Shown here: positions 7,586-17,125 of the stretch, one piece after another
How the letters are laid out: each line of letters starts with the position of its first letter
How positions within the stretch are numbered: the stretch's first letter is position 1
The notes under the pieces: model-generated
The model's database searches: none
What the model was told of the DNA's origin: nothing
The model's input: the letters and a program-made list of their open reading frames with translations, nothing else
Assembly: GCF_001644705.1 (NCBI RefSeq)
Contig: NZ_CP015137.1
Location: 3,840,001-3,872,000 of the forward strand
DNA from: Dickeya solani IPO 2222
GTDB lineage: Bacteria; Pseudomonadota; Gammaproteobacteria; Enterobacterales; Enterobacteriaceae
Direction: 5' to 3'
DNA: 32,000 nucleotides
Translations under genes and position numbers: made by a program

Positions 7586-9313
7586 TCATTTCAGCGGCGA
7601 ACGGGTGCGTTCCAGTCCGTAGCGCTCGATCTCTTTGTACGGCACGGTGGTGACTTTCTTCTTGCGGACATCCACCAGCGTGACGCGGTCGGTACAGGAA
7701 TAGCAGGGGTCGAGGCTGCCGATGATCAGCGGCGCGTCCGACACCGTGTTGCCGCGCAGCATAAAGCGCAGCACCGGCCAGTTGGCGTAGGTAGCGGCGC
7801 GGCAGCGCCAGCGGAACAGCTTCTGGTTGTCGCCGGTCATGCTCCAGTGGATGTCTTCGCCGCGCGGCGCTTCGGTAAAGCCCAGCGCGAACTTGTGCGG
7901 CTGATAATGGATATGCTCGTTGAGAATCGGCCCGTCCGGCATGTTGTCCAGCCCGAACTCGATCATCGCCAGCGAGGTGAACACCTCACGCACCCGCACC
8001 AGTACGCGGGAGTAAACGTCGCCGCCGTCGAGATGATGCAACTCCATCGGCAGGTCCAGATAGCCGGCGAACGGGTGGTCGACGCGCACGTCGCGTTGAA
8101 AACCGCTGGCGCGAATCATCGGTCCCACCGGGCTGTAGTCACGCGCCACCTGACGGTTCAGCACGCCGACGCCCTGGGTGCGTTGCGCCATGTTGGCGGT
8201 GTTGAGCAACATATCGGTCAACTGCGTGACTTCTTCGCGCATTTCACGGATCAGCTTGATGGTCTTCAACCGGTCCTCTTTCAGGATGTCGCGGCGGATG
8301 CCGCCGATCAGGTTAAGACCGTAGGTTTTGCGCGCACCGGTGAGCATCTCGGCGATCTGCATCGATTTTTCGCGTACCCGGAAGAACTGCATGAAGCCGG
8401 TGTCGAAACCGACAAAGTGGCTGGACAGCCCGATATTCAACAGGTGACTGTGCAGGCGTTCCACCTCCAGCAGAATGCTGCGGATAGTATGCGCGCGCGC
8501 CGGCACCACCACGCCCAAGGCGTTCTCGATGGACGAGGTGTAGGCCACGCTGTGGGTGAAACCGCAGATACCGCACACCCGGTCGGACAAAAATGTCACT
8601 TCGTTGTAGCCCATGCGGGTTTCCGCCAGTTTTTCCATGCCGCGATGGACATAGAACAGGCGGTAGTCGGCATCGATAATCTGTTCACCGTCGACAAACA
8701 ACCGGAAGTGACCCGGTTCGTCGGAAGTGATGTGCAGCGGGCCGATCGGCACCACCCGGGTGTCGCGGGTCGCCTCATTGATGAAGGTGTAGGACTCGTC
8801 GTCGCGGGTGGGGGCAGGGCGCTGACGGTAATCCATCGCGTCTTTGCGCAGCGGATAGAGATCGTCCGGCCAGTCGTCCGGCAGCACCAGCCGGCGTTCA
8901 TCCGGCAGGCCGACCGGGATCAGCCCGTACATGTCGCGCACCTCGCGCTCTCCCCACACGGCGGCGGGCACGCGCGGCGTCACCGACGGAAACTCCGGCA
9001 CCGTCGGGTTGACCAGCGCTTTCACCACCACCCAGCACTTCTCGCCTTGTTCCATCGACAGCACATAGTAGATGGCGAAATGGCCGTTGAGGGTGCGCTC
9101 GTCATTGCCGAACAATACCGACAGCCAGCCGCCGTGCTGGTAGTAGAGGTATTCCACCACCTCCGGCAGCTGATGCAGTTTGACGGTGAGGGTCAGCTGA
9201 TTGGCGGTTTGCCGTTCCTCTTCCAGAATCGCCGTCGGAAACTGTTGTCTGACATGGGCGACATAATTAGCACCTAAATTTTCAGCGCTGGTCGCGGCGG
9301 ATGAATTAATCAC
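7586..9313 (-). CDS. hyfG: Hydrogenase-4 [NiFe] large subunit (HycE-like NuoC-NuoD fusion)
   Basis: 575 aa. GTG start at 9313 with AGGAG 7 nt upstream. The N-terminal NiFe motif is [11 protein letters not shown] and the C-terminal motif is DPCYSCTDR. That motif is followed by a 32-aa extension, the length removed by HycI from E. coli HycE. It is colinear with E. coli HyfG as recalled. Confidence 0.95.
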   Translation of the reverse strand: MINSSAATSAENLGANYVAHVRQQFPTAILEEERQTANQLTLTVKLHQLPEVVEYLYYQHGGWLSVLFGNDERTLNGHFAIYYVLSMEQGEKCWVVVKALVNPTVPEFPSVTPRVPAAVWGEREVRDMYGLIPVGLPDERRLVLPDDWPDDLYPLRKDAMDYRQRPAPTRDDESYTFINEATRDTRVVPIGPLHITSDEPGHFRLFVDGEQIIDADYRLFYVHRGMEKLAETRMGYNEVTFLSDRVCGICGFTHSVAYTSSIENALGVVVPARAHTIRSILLEVERLHSHLLNIGLSSHFVGFDTGFMQFFRVREKSMQIAEMLTGARKTYGLNLIGGIRRDILKEDRLKTIKLIREMREEVTQLTDMLLNTANMAQRTQGVGVLNRQVARDYSPVGPMIRASGFQRDVRVDHPFAGYLDLPMELHHLDGGDVYSRVLVRVREVFTSLAMIEFGLDNMPDGPILNEHIHYQPHKFALGFTEAPRGEDIHWSMTGDNQKLFRWRCRAATYANWPVLRFMLRGNTVSDAPLIIGSLDPCYSCTDRVTLVDVRKKKVTTVPYKEIERYGLERTRSPLK

Positions 9314-10982
9314 GGTACATCTCCTGACGGGAAGGGGTTAACGATGAAGCAGGCGCGGTGTCCGGCGTGGTAGTACCCAGAGTGGTGGTACCCAGAGTGA
9401 TGGTACTCAGAGTAGTCGTACCCGGCGTGTTGGCGCGGGCGCTCAGCGACGGCCAGCCCAGACTCGGCGGCGTTGGCTCGCCGGCATGGTTGCCGTTTAA
9501 AACAATCGCGGTGGCCTGCTCCAGCAAATGGATGACCGGCTGCGGAATGCGGGTGCCCATCACCAGCATCAACACCAGTAAAATCAGCATCGGCGCGGTG
9601 GTCAGCCAACCCAGCTCGCCCTTGCTGACCGCTTCCGGCTGGCTGCCCAGCACGCTGGTGGCGATCATTCGCACCAGCCCGGCCAGTACCACGGTCAACA
9701 GCGCCAGCAACACCAGCACCAGCGCTAAATGACCGGCGTGGATGCCGGCGGTAACCGTCATGAATTCGCTCAGAAATATGTTGAACGGCGGCATACCGCC
9801 GAGCGCCAGCGCGCCGCCGGCCAGCAGCGCGCCTGTCACCGGCGCGACGCGCAGGATGCCTTTCACCGCGTCCATATCACGAGTGCCGTATTTCAGCAGT
9901 ACATTGCCGGAGCCGCAGAACAGCAGGGTTTTCGCCAGACTGTGATTCAGCGTGTGCAGCAGCGCCGCCAGAATGCCGAGCGGGCCGCCGATGCCGAGCG
10001 CCACGGCGATCAGCCCCATGTTTTCCACGCTGGAGTAGGCCAGCAGGCGTTTCATGTCGCGCTGTACCAAAATCAGGAACGCGGCGACGGCCACCGACAG
10101 CAAACCGAACACCAACAACAGCCGTTGCGGAAATTCCGGGCCGATGGCAGCGCTGATCAGGATGGTGTAGCGCACGATCACCAGCAGCGCGCAGTTGAGC
10201 AGCACGGCGGAGAGCAGGGCGCTGGTGGGGCTGGGCGCCTCGCTGTGGGCGTCCGGCAGCCAGGCGTGCATCGGGAACAGGCCGGTTTTGGTGCCAAACC
10301 CGATCAGAATAAAGATGAACGCCAGATGCATCAGCGTACTGTCCAGTTCGCCGGCGTGTTGCAGCACCTCGGTCCAGAAAATGGCGTTGCCCGGCTCCGC
10401 CATGACGTTGGCGGCGTTGGCGTACACCAATACCGTGCCGTACAGGCCGAAAGCGACGCCGACGGTGCAGATGATGATGTATTTCCACGCGGCTTCCAGC
10501 GACGAGCGCTGGCCGTACAGGCCCACCAGAAACGCCGAACTTAGCGTGGTGGCTTCAATCGCCGCCCACATCAGGATCAGGTTGTTGCTGGTGATCACCA
10601 ACAACATGGTGAACAGAAACAGATGGAAGAAGCCGTAGTAGTGGCACAGCGTGGTGACGCTGATCTCGCCGCCGTCCACCTCGTGACGCATATACCCCAT
10701 CGAGTAGAGGCCGGTGAGAAAGCCAATCACCCCGAGAATAGCCAGAAACAGCGCGCTCAGGCTGTCGAGATGCAGCCAGCGGTGGGCCGCCAGCAGTTCG
10801 CCCTGTTGGTACACCGTCCATACTGCCAGCAACGCCAGTAGCAGCAGCGCGCTGATACCGAGCAGATGAATCAGGCTCACCAGCCCGCGCGCCGCCGTGC
10901 CGGTAAAGCGGCAGGCGAACGCCAGCAGGGCGACGACAAACGGCACGCCCAGCAGCAGGGAAAAAAGATCCAAAGTCGTCAT
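9306..10982 (-). CDS. hyfF: Hydrogenase-4 antiporter-like membrane subunit (NuoN/M-like) with a Thr/Pro/Gly-rich C-terminal extension
   Basis: 558 aa from ATG 10982 ([15 protein letters not shown]...), with an AGGA-type SD upstream (AAAGGATAATCACC-ATG). The upstream part of the ORF track (to 11219) overlaps hyfE out of frame. The protein is polytopic and hydrophobic, with [12 protein letters not shown] and [11 protein letters not shown] motifs typical of the family. The stop at 9306-9308 lies 8 nt inside hyfG. Confidence 0.9.
   Translation of the reverse strand: MTTLDLFSLLLGVPFVVALLAFACRFTGTAARGLVSLIHLLGISALLLLALLAVWTVYQQGELLAAHRWLHLDSLSALFLAILGVIGFLTGLYSMGYMRHEVDGGEISVTTLCHYYGFFHLFLFTMLLVITSNNLILMWAAIEATTLSSAFLVGLYGQRSSLEAAWKYIIICTVGVAFGLYGTVLVYANAANVMAEPGNAIFWTEVLQHAGELDSTLMHLAFIFILIGFGTKTGLFPMHAWLPDAHSEAPSPTSALLSAVLLNCALLVIVRYTILISAAIGPEFPQRLLLVFGLLSVAVAAFLILVQRDMKRLLAYSSVENMGLIAVALGIGGPLGILAALLHTLNHSLAKTLLFCGSGNVLLKYGTRDMDAVKGILRVAPVTGALLAGGALALGGMPPFNIFLSEFMTVTAGIHAGHLALVLVLLALLTVVLAGLVRMIATSVLGSQPEAVSKGELGWLTTAPMLILLVLMLVMGTRIPQPVIHLLEQATAIVLNGNHAGEPTPPSLGWPSLSARANTPGTTTLSTITLGTTTLGTTTPDTAPASSLTPSRQEMYRD
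9369..9428 (-). repeat. 4 x 15-bp tandem repeat inside the hyfF 3' end, encoding [19 protein letters not shown]
   Basis: Plus-strand units are ggtagtacccagagt / ggtggtacccagagt / gatggtactcagagt / agtcgtacccggcgt. The minus-strand translation is [24 protein letters not shown]. Confidence 0.9.
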
Positions 10983-10987
10983 GGTGA

Positions 10988-11638
10988 TTATCCTTTCAGC
11001 GCGGTCAGTTGCTGAACATCCAACGTGTGCAGCGTGCGGTGGATTTTGCGCGCCATCAGCGCCATCACGATGACGGCGAAGATGGCGTCGGTGGCGATGC
11101 CGATCTCCACCAGCTCCGGCGCGCGGTAGGCCAGCAGCGCCAGCGTCAGGTGGGCGCCGTTTTCCATCAGGCAGTAGCCGAATACCTGTTTGAGGATGTT
11201 GCGCTGGCTGACGATGCACAGCAGGCCGATCAGGAAGTGGCCGAGCGACACCGCCAGTACCGGTTTAAGGTCGTTAACCATCGGCAGTTTCACCGGTGCG
11301 ACGGCAAAGTAGCTCAGCAACACAATCAGGGTGGCGATCAGTATCAGGGTCGCGGTGCCGATTACGCCGCCGTCGGCTTTCGGGTCAGCCAGCCGGCAGA
11401 AGGCGAAGCTCATGATGGCGGGTACCATCACCACCTTGGTGATGAAGGCGGTCAGCGACCACAGATACAGCTCGTGGGAGCCGAGCAACCCGCCCAGCGC
11501 CACAAAGATCAGCACCAGCACCAGCGACTGCAACGCGTACAGCGCGGCGGACACTGTGGGTTTTCTGGCGGCGATCACCAACAGCGAGGTGATGATCAGC
11601 AGACCAGCCAGATTGTTGACAAGAAGAGAACCAGTCAT
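10988..11638 (-). CDS. hyfE: Hydrogenase-4 small membrane subunit HyfE
   Basis: 216 aa. [19 protein letters not shown]... and ...[39 protein letters not shown]...LTALKG are near-colinear with E. coli HyfE as recalled. AAGGA lies 6 nt upstream of ATG 11638. Confidence 0.9.
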   Translation of the reverse strand: MTGSLLVNNLAGLLIITSLLVIAARKPTVSAALYALQSLVLVLIFVALGGLLGSHELYLWSLTAFITKVVMVPAIMSFAFCRLADPKADGGVIGTATLILIATLIVLLSYFAVAPVKLPMVNDLKPVLAVSLGHFLIGLLCIVSQRNILKQVFGYCLMENGAHLTLALLAYRAPELVEIGIATDAIFAVIVMALMARKIHRTLHTLDVQQLTALKG

Positions 11639-11647
11639 GGGAGTTCC

Positions 11648-13087
11648 TTATTTCAGCCAGAGTGCGGCGATAACGCTGGAGCACAGCGACATCACTATCA
11701 GCACCAGCAGCACCAGATTCATCGACGTCGGCACCGCCGTAGCCGACGCGACCTCCTCGGACGGCTCGCCCGGCACGGTACGTCCAAACCAGTAGAGGAA
11801 CCAGGCGAAGCTGGCGACCGATTCCACCAGCGCGATGATCAGCAGCGGCAACAGCCACCAGACGTCGCGTGACAACGCGAACCCGGCGGCGAACAGCGGG
11901 AACTTACTGAAAAAGCCGTTGAACGGCGGCACGCCGGTGATCGCCAGCGCCGCTACGCAGAAACCCACGCCCAGCAGCGGCAGACGTTTCATCATGCCGC
12001 GCAACTGCGGCAGCATGCGGGTGCCACAGCTGTAGCTGAGCGCGCCGGCCACCAGAAAGAACAGGCTTTTGGCGTAAGCGTGGTTGAAGATGTAGGCCAT
12101 ACCGGCGTCGAAGGCCATGCGCGAGCCGAAGATAGACAGCGACAGCGCCAGAAAAATGTAGGCGAGCTGGGTGATGGTGGAGTAGGCCAGCAGTCGCTTC
12201 ATGTCTTTTTGCGGCAGGTACATCAGGAAGCCGTACACCAGCGTAATGGTCGCCATGATGACGCCAACCACGCCGATGATGTGCGGCACCTCGACGGCGG
12301 ACAGAATGGCGCGGGCAAAAATATACACGCCGACTTTCACCATCGAGGCGGCGTGCAGGTAGGCGCTCACCGGCGTCGGCGCTTCCATTGCGTCCGGCAG
12401 CCAGACATGCAGCGGCAACTGGGCCGACTTGCCCCAGGCCGCGAACAGGATGCCGCCGAACACAATGATTTTGCTGCTATCGTCCAACTGCGCGATGGCG
12501 CTGAGCGCGAAGGTGCCGGTGGTGGCGAACAGCCAGGCCGCCGCCAGATACAGGCCGACGGACGCGATATGCGTCACCAGCAGCGCTTTGAGCGCCGAGC
12601 GCAGCGATTTCGGTTTCTGGTAGTACCCGATCAACGCCCAGGAACAGCCGCCGGTGATTTCAAAGAACAGCAACTGGCCGAGGATGGTGGATGACAGCGT
12701 CAGCCCGGCCATTGCGCCGATGAATACCAGCAGGAAGGCGTAGTAACGGTTGCTGCCGTCGTGCGGATGCTCGCGGTTGCCCAACGTCAGGTAGCCGCAG
12801 GAGTAAAGGCTGACCAGAAAGCCGAGTGACACCACCGCAAAGCCGATCAACAGGCTGATACGGTCGAACAGGAAACCGAACAGGTCCGCCTGACCATAAC
12901 GATAAAGGGTGACGACCTGGTCGGTTTTGCCGCCGTCAAGATAGCGCCAGGCCAATAGCGCCATGCCGAGCGTCGCCAGCAGGGCGAACAGCGTGCATAA
13001 CCCTTTGGCGAGGCGTTGCGGTGCGAAAGCTATCCACAGCGCGCCGAGAAACGGCAGCAACAGGGTCGCAAGAGCAATATTCTCCAT
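11648..13087 (-). CDS. hyfD: Hydrogenase-4 antiporter-like membrane subunit HyfD (NuoM/L-like)
   Basis: 479 aa. MENIALATLLLPFLGAL..., WLPDAMEAPTPVSAYLHAASMVKVGVY and ITGVPPFNGFFSKFPLFAAGFALS are colinear with E. coli HyfD as recalled. Confidence 0.9.
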   Translation of the reverse strand: MENIALATLLLPFLGALWIAFAPQRLAKGLCTLFALLATLGMALLAWRYLDGGKTDQVVTLYRYGQADLFGFLFDRISLLIGFAVVSLGFLVSLYSCGYLTLGNREHPHDGSNRYYAFLLVFIGAMAGLTLSSTILGQLLFFEITGGCSWALIGYYQKPKSLRSALKALLVTHIASVGLYLAAAWLFATTGTFALSAIAQLDDSSKIIVFGGILFAAWGKSAQLPLHVWLPDAMEAPTPVSAYLHAASMVKVGVYIFARAILSAVEVPHIIGVVGVIMATITLVYGFLMYLPQKDMKRLLAYSTITQLAYIFLALSLSIFGSRMAFDAGMAYIFNHAYAKSLFFLVAGALSYSCGTRMLPQLRGMMKRLPLLGVGFCVAALAITGVPPFNGFFSKFPLFAAGFALSRDVWWLLPLLIIALVESVASFAWFLYWFGRTVPGEPSEEVASATAVPTSMNLVLLVLIVMSLCSSVIAALWLK

Positions 13088-13103
13088 GATGGATGCCGAC
13101 TCC

Positions 13104-14051
13104 TTATAGTCCGGTCAGGTAGAAAACGAACGCCAGCGCCGCCACGCCGAAGCCGAGCCAGGTCACCCGGCCGGTCAGCAGAAAGCGCCCGCGAGCCAGG
13201 CTGTTTTCGATAACGGCGGCGATGACGAACACCACCACCAGCTTGATGATCAGCGCCAGCGCTCCCCACAGCAGGCCGGCCGCCGTGAGCGTTTCGGCCT
13301 TGCCGAACGGCACGAAAATCGACAGGAACAGCGTGGCGACCACCACCTGTTTGAGGCTGATGCCCCATTTCACCAGCGCCAGCCCGGCGCCGGCGTACTC
13401 GGTCAGCGGGCCTTCCTGCAGCTCCTGTTCCGCTTCCGCCACGTCAAACGGGATTTTGCCCATCTCGATAAAGGTGGCGAAGGCGCAGGCCAGCAGCGCC
13501 AGCGCGGTGGCGGTGGGGGACACCCAGTGACCGCTCGCCAGTTTGACGCTGATATTGCCGATGTTGGTGGAGCCGGCGACCAGCGCTACCACCAGTAACG
13601 CCAGCATCAGAATCGGTTCCACCAGAATGCCAAGCGTTAGTTCGCGGCTGGCGCCGATGCCGGCAAAGGTGCTGCCGGAGTCCAGGCCGGACAGGGAGAA
13701 GAAAAAGCGAAATACCGCAAACAGGTACAGCAGGGTGATGACGTCGCCCGCCGCGCCGAACGGGGAACTGTCGGTCACGGCCGGCAGCGTCATCGCCACC
13801 AGCAGCATGGTGCCGAGCAGGATGAACGGCATCAGACGAAACACGCCGCCGCTGTGTTCGGGCGCGATTTCCTGACGGCGCAGCAGTTTGACGATGTCAC
13901 GATAATCCTGCAGTACGCCCGGCCCCTGGCGGGAGTGCATTTTGGCGCGGATCACGCGCGACAGGCCGGACAGCAGCGGCGCTGCCGCCATCAGCAGGAC
14001 GGCCTGCAATAGCGCGCCCAGCAGCGGAAAAACGAGTGAAGCGTATGTCAT
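13104..14051 (-). CDS. hyfC: Hydrogenase-4 membrane subunit HyfC (HycD/NuoH-like)
   Basis: 315 aa. RAKMHSRQGPGVLQDYRDIVKL, GASRELTLGILVEP and FDVAEAEQELQEGPLTEYAGAGLAL are colinear with E. coli HyfC. Confidence 0.9.
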   Translation of the reverse strand: MTYASLVFPLLGALLQAVLLMAAAPLLSGLSRVIRAKMHSRQGPGVLQDYRDIVKLLRRQEIAPEHSGGVFRLMPFILLGTMLLVAMTLPAVTDSSPFGAAGDVITLLYLFAVFRFFFSLSGLDSGSTFAGIGASRELTLGILVEPILMLALLVVALVAGSTNIGNISVKLASGHWVSPTATALALLACAFATFIEMGKIPFDVAEAEQELQEGPLTEYAGAGLALVKWGISLKQVVVATLFLSIFVPFGKAETLTAAGLLWGALALIIKLVVVFVIAAVIENSLARGRFLLTGRVTWLGFGVAALAFVFYLTGL

Positions 14052-14063
14052 GTTCCGGTCTCC

Positions 14064-16103
14064 TTAAGCCAGAGTGGCCAGTAGCAGGGCAACCAGCGCC
14101 GCCACCACATACAGGCAGTACACCCGGAAATCGCCGTGCTGAATCCATTGCACCGCGCGGCTGATGCGCTGCACGCCGCTGACCACCGGCATCACCACGT
14201 GGTCGTCCCATACCGGTTCGATGCGCGCCGCCGCCTGCGTGGTCTTTTCCAACGCCTGCTGCATCGCGGGCGCCGGGTTGAGGATTTTGCGCACACGGTA
14301 CAGCGGCGCGAACATCACCCGCAGCGGCTGGGTAAAGCTGCCGGCCGAGGCCGACATGGCGGACTCATAGCCGTAGCCGCAGGCCCAGGGCGTGCCTTTA
14401 TGACGAAAACCGAGGCGCGGGCCGCGCAACAGGCTGTAGAGCATCAGCGGCAGCAACGGCAGCGCCAACAGCAGGATGAAGATCAGCGGCGTATTGAGGC
14501 GGGTTTGCAGGTGGTCGCCGGGGAAGACGCCCAGCCCCGCGGCCATCATGACGGCCGGGGTGTGCGCCAGATCCGCCGCGATGCGGGTCATCACCGGTAC
14601 CACCACGCTGGCGCCGACGCCAAGCAACACGCACAGCAACGCCAGCAGTAACATGGCGAGCGTCATCGGCCAGGGGACCTCACGGGCGTGAGCGGCTTTC
14701 TCGCTGCGCGGCGCGCCGCAAAAACTGATGCCGTACACCTTGACGAAACACATCGCCGCCAGCGCGCCGGTGATCGCCAGCATCACGATAGCGATCGGTG
14801 CGACCAGCCGCAGACCGATGCTGCCGTCATGGCTGAGGGTGAACAGCGACTGGTAGGTAAACCATTCGCTGACGAAACCGTTGAGCGGCGGCAGGGCGGA
14901 GATCGCCATACACCCGACCAGAAACGCCAGCGCGGTACGCGGCATCAGCCGTGACAGGCCGCCCATTTTTTCCATGTCTTTGGTGTGGACGCGGTAGATC
15001 ACCGCGCCGGCGCCGAGAAACAGCAGTCCCTTGAACACCGCGTGGTTGAGCAGGTGATACAGCCCGCCCAGCAGGCCAAGCAGCGCCAGCAGCGGGTGAT
15101 GGGTAGCGATGCCGATCATGCCGACGCCGACCCCCATCAGAATGATGCCGATGTTCTCCACCGTGTGGTACGCCAGCAGGCGTTTGATATCGTGCTCGGC
15201 CAGCGCGTACAGCACCCCCAGCACCGACGACACCGCGCCGAACGCCAGCACCACCACGCCCCACCAGGCTTCGGTAGCGCCCAGCAAATCAACACCGACT
15301 TTGATGATGCCGAATACGCCGATCTTCACCATCACGCCTGACATCAGCGCCGAGGCGTGCGACGGCGCGGCCGGGTGCGCGCGCGGTAGCCAGCCGTGCA
15401 GCGGCAACATCCCGGCTTTGGCGCCGAAGCCGAAGAATGCCAGCAGGAACACCACCGAGGCCTGCGGCGCCGACAACGCGGCGTGGCGGAAATCGGCGAA
15501 GTCGAGGCTGCTGCTGTGGCGATAGAGCAGGAAGAAGGCGATCATGATCAGCACCGAACCGGCATGGGCGATCAGGAAATACAGCAGCCCGGCGCCGACA
15601 GCCTCTTCATCCTGATCGGCGATCACCAGAAAGTAGGAACTGAGCGACATCACTTCGAACAACACAATGAAGTAGAAGGCGTTGTCCACCACCACCAGCG
15701 CCACCATAGAGGCGACAAACAGGTTCATGAAGAACCCCATCGCCCAGGCGCCGCGCCCGCGGTACTCCTCCAGATAAGCCAGCGAATACAGGGCGGACAC
15801 CGCCACCAGCAGCGAGATCACTAGCGTCATGAACGCGGCCAGGGTATCGAAGCGCAGCGTGAGGTGAGCGAACGCGTTAAACGGCCCGTCGAACATGGCG
15901 GTCAGCACGCCGCCGCCGAGCAGGACGGGTGCCGCTGCCAGCGCACCGGCACAGCCGCCCGCCAGCGCGCACAGCCCGCTTAAGCGAATCGCCAGTGATT
16001 CCTGGCGGCACAGACATAACGAAAGCAGCGCGCCAGCCAGATACAGCGCTAGCGACAGGCCCAGCCATTGCAGTGGCGTGAACAATTGCAGTGGCGTCAT
16101 CAT
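14064..16103 (-). CDS. hyfB: Hydrogenase-4 antiporter-like membrane subunit HyfB (HycC/NuoL-like)
   Basis: 679 aa. WLPRAHPAAPSHASALMSGVMVKIG, EHDIKRLLAYHTVENIG and the C-terminal GDFRVYCLYVVAALV are colinear with E. coli HyfB. Its tandem ATGs (16103, 16100) overlap the hyfA stop. Confidence 0.9.
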   Translation of the reverse strand: MMTPLQLFTPLQWLGLSLALYLAGALLSLCLCRQESLAIRLSGLCALAGGCAGALAAAPVLLGGGVLTAMFDGPFNAFAHLTLRFDTLAAFMTLVISLLVAVSALYSLAYLEEYRGRGAWAMGFFMNLFVASMVALVVVDNAFYFIVLFEVMSLSSYFLVIADQDEEAVGAGLLYFLIAHAGSVLIMIAFFLLYRHSSSLDFADFRHAALSAPQASVVFLLAFFGFGAKAGMLPLHGWLPRAHPAAPSHASALMSGVMVKIGVFGIIKVGVDLLGATEAWWGVVVLAFGAVSSVLGVLYALAEHDIKRLLAYHTVENIGIILMGVGVGMIGIATHHPLLALLGLLGGLYHLLNHAVFKGLLFLGAGAVIYRVHTKDMEKMGGLSRLMPRTALAFLVGCMAISALPPLNGFVSEWFTYQSLFTLSHDGSIGLRLVAPIAIVMLAITGALAAMCFVKVYGISFCGAPRSEKAAHAREVPWPMTLAMLLLALLCVLLGVGASVVVPVMTRIAADLAHTPAVMMAAGLGVFPGDHLQTRLNTPLIFILLLALPLLPLMLYSLLRGPRLGFRHKGTPWACGYGYESAMSASAGSFTQPLRVMFAPLYRVRKILNPAPAMQQALEKTTQAAARIEPVWDDHVVMPVVSGVQRISRAVQWIQHGDFRVYCLYVVAALVALLLATLA

Positions 16104-16726
16104 AATTTTTGCTCCCTGTCAGTCCCGGTGGAGGAAAAAGGGATGTTGCCTTCGGGCCATTCCGCCGCCTGACGGCGTTTGGCGGCGATAGCGTCGTCCA
16201 GCGCGGCGTCATCCACCAGATACAGCGCGCGTGTCGGACAGACGCGCACGCATTCCGGCCCCTGTTCGCGGAAATCGCACAAGTCGCATTTCACCGCGAT
16301 GCTGCGCACCCCGGCGTTCCACGCCAGCATCGGGTGAACCGACGGCGGACTCACCGGTACATCGGACAGCAGCGACAGCGGGATGTGGTGATCAAACGTG
16401 GTCGGGATTGCCAGCGGCGTGCTGCCGGATGGCGTGATGGCGCCGAACGGGCAGGCGATGGCGCACAGTTTGCAGCCGATGCAGGTGTTTTCGTCCAACA
16501 GCACGGCGTGGTCCTGATGCCTGATGGCGTTGACCGGGCACACTCTGGCGCAGGGCGCATCCTCACAGTGACGGCATAACACCGGCGCTGTGCCGCTGGC
16601 ATCGCGCTCGACCGCCAGCCTCGGATGAGACTGCAGGCCCTGCTGGCGATGCACCTGCGTACAGGCCGCCATACAGGTGTTGCATCCGATACAACGCGTT
16701 GGCTCCGCAATGACGAAGCGGTTCAT
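16100..16726 (-). CDS. hyfA: Hydrogenase-4 4x[4Fe-4S] ferredoxin subunit HyfA (HycB-like)
   Basis: 208 aa from ATG 16726 (MNRFVIAEPTRCIGCNTCMAAC, like E. coli HyfA MNRFVVAEP...). GGAGG lies 8 nt upstream. The ORF-track start at 16780 would fall inside the sigma54 promoter. Cys motifs: CRHCEDAPCARVCP, CIGCKLCAIACP, CDLCDF...CVRVCP. Confidence 0.9.
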   Translation of the reverse strand: MNRFVIAEPTRCIGCNTCMAACTQVHRQQGLQSHPRLAVERDASGTAPVLCRHCEDAPCARVCPVNAIRHQDHAVLLDENTCIGCKLCAIACPFGAITPSGSTPLAIPTTFDHHIPLSLLSDVPVSPPSVHPMLAWNAGVRSIAVKCDLCDFREQGPECVRVCPTRALYLVDDAALDDAIAAKRRQAAEWPEGNIPFSSTGTDREQKL

Positions 16727-16767
16727 AGCCATACCCTCCGGGGTGATAGAAATGTTTACTGCGCCGG

Positions 16768-16784
16768 AAGCATATTCCATGCCA
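16768..16784 (-). promoter_or_regulatory. Sigma54 (-24/-12) promoter of the hyfABCDEFGHIJ-hycI operon
   Basis: The minus strand reads TGGCATggaatATGCTT with correct GG/GC spacing, 42 nt upstream of the hyfA ATG. It has the same form as the hydN and hypC promoters. Confidence 0.6.
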
Positions 16785-16869
16785 TAAGAAAAATAGTGGA
16801 GTGATGGTTTTTAAAATCAGTTAGTTAGATAAAGCTGTTCCATCAGCGGTAGCCAGCCGAACCTGCCGC

Positions 16870-16965
16870 TCGACATTAGTGACGACGTTTTGCCGCCGGT
16901 TTTTACCCGATTATCGTCACCGTCGACAGCATCGGATGGGGGTGAAAACTCGACACTTTTGACGA
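16870..16965. promoter_or_regulatory. Candidate shared upstream activator region between the divergent hyfA and hypC sigma54 promoters
   Basis: There are three composite sites. The first is TCGACAttagTGACGA (16870-16885). The second is TCGTCAccgTCGACA (16914-16928, inverted orientation). The third is TCGACActttTGACGA (16950-16965). The region is flanked on both sides by the 10-mer CAGTTAGTTA (16819-16828 and 16995-17004). The first copy forms a 12/13 IHF-like match (AATCAGTTAGTTA, 16815-16827). Confidence 0.4.
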
Positions 16966-17061
16966 GTCCCGCCGGTTTTTTTAGGGGATAACGACAGTTA
17001 GTTACAACATACTATCGAACTGCCAACCCTTTGCTCGCGGGTTGGGCGGGATCATGTCGGC

Positions 17062-17077
17062 TGGCATCAAATTTGCT
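17062..17077 (+). promoter_or_regulatory. Sigma54 (-24/-12) promoter of hypC
   Basis: TGGCATcaaatTTGCT(T), with GG at 17063-17064 and GC at 17075-17076 in consensus spacing, 49 nt upstream of the hypC ATG. Confidence 0.6.
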
Positions 17078-17125
17078 TAAGCTGTCGGGTAGAAACGTGT
17101 GACTTCAAATAACAGGATGGGTGTT

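Noticed and set aside
7268-9277. 669-aa plus-strand ORF. Similar long antisense ORFs occur at 1888-3213, 9729-10544, 11009-11872, 20004-20710, 28614-29267 and 30472-31506.
   Set aside because: All are antisense or shadow frames of strongly supported genes (hyfG, fdhF, hyfF, hyfE/D, gltP, ADH, AKR). They are stop-poor because of high GC content. Their translations are low-complexity Arg/Ala/Gly/His-rich with no domain signatures.
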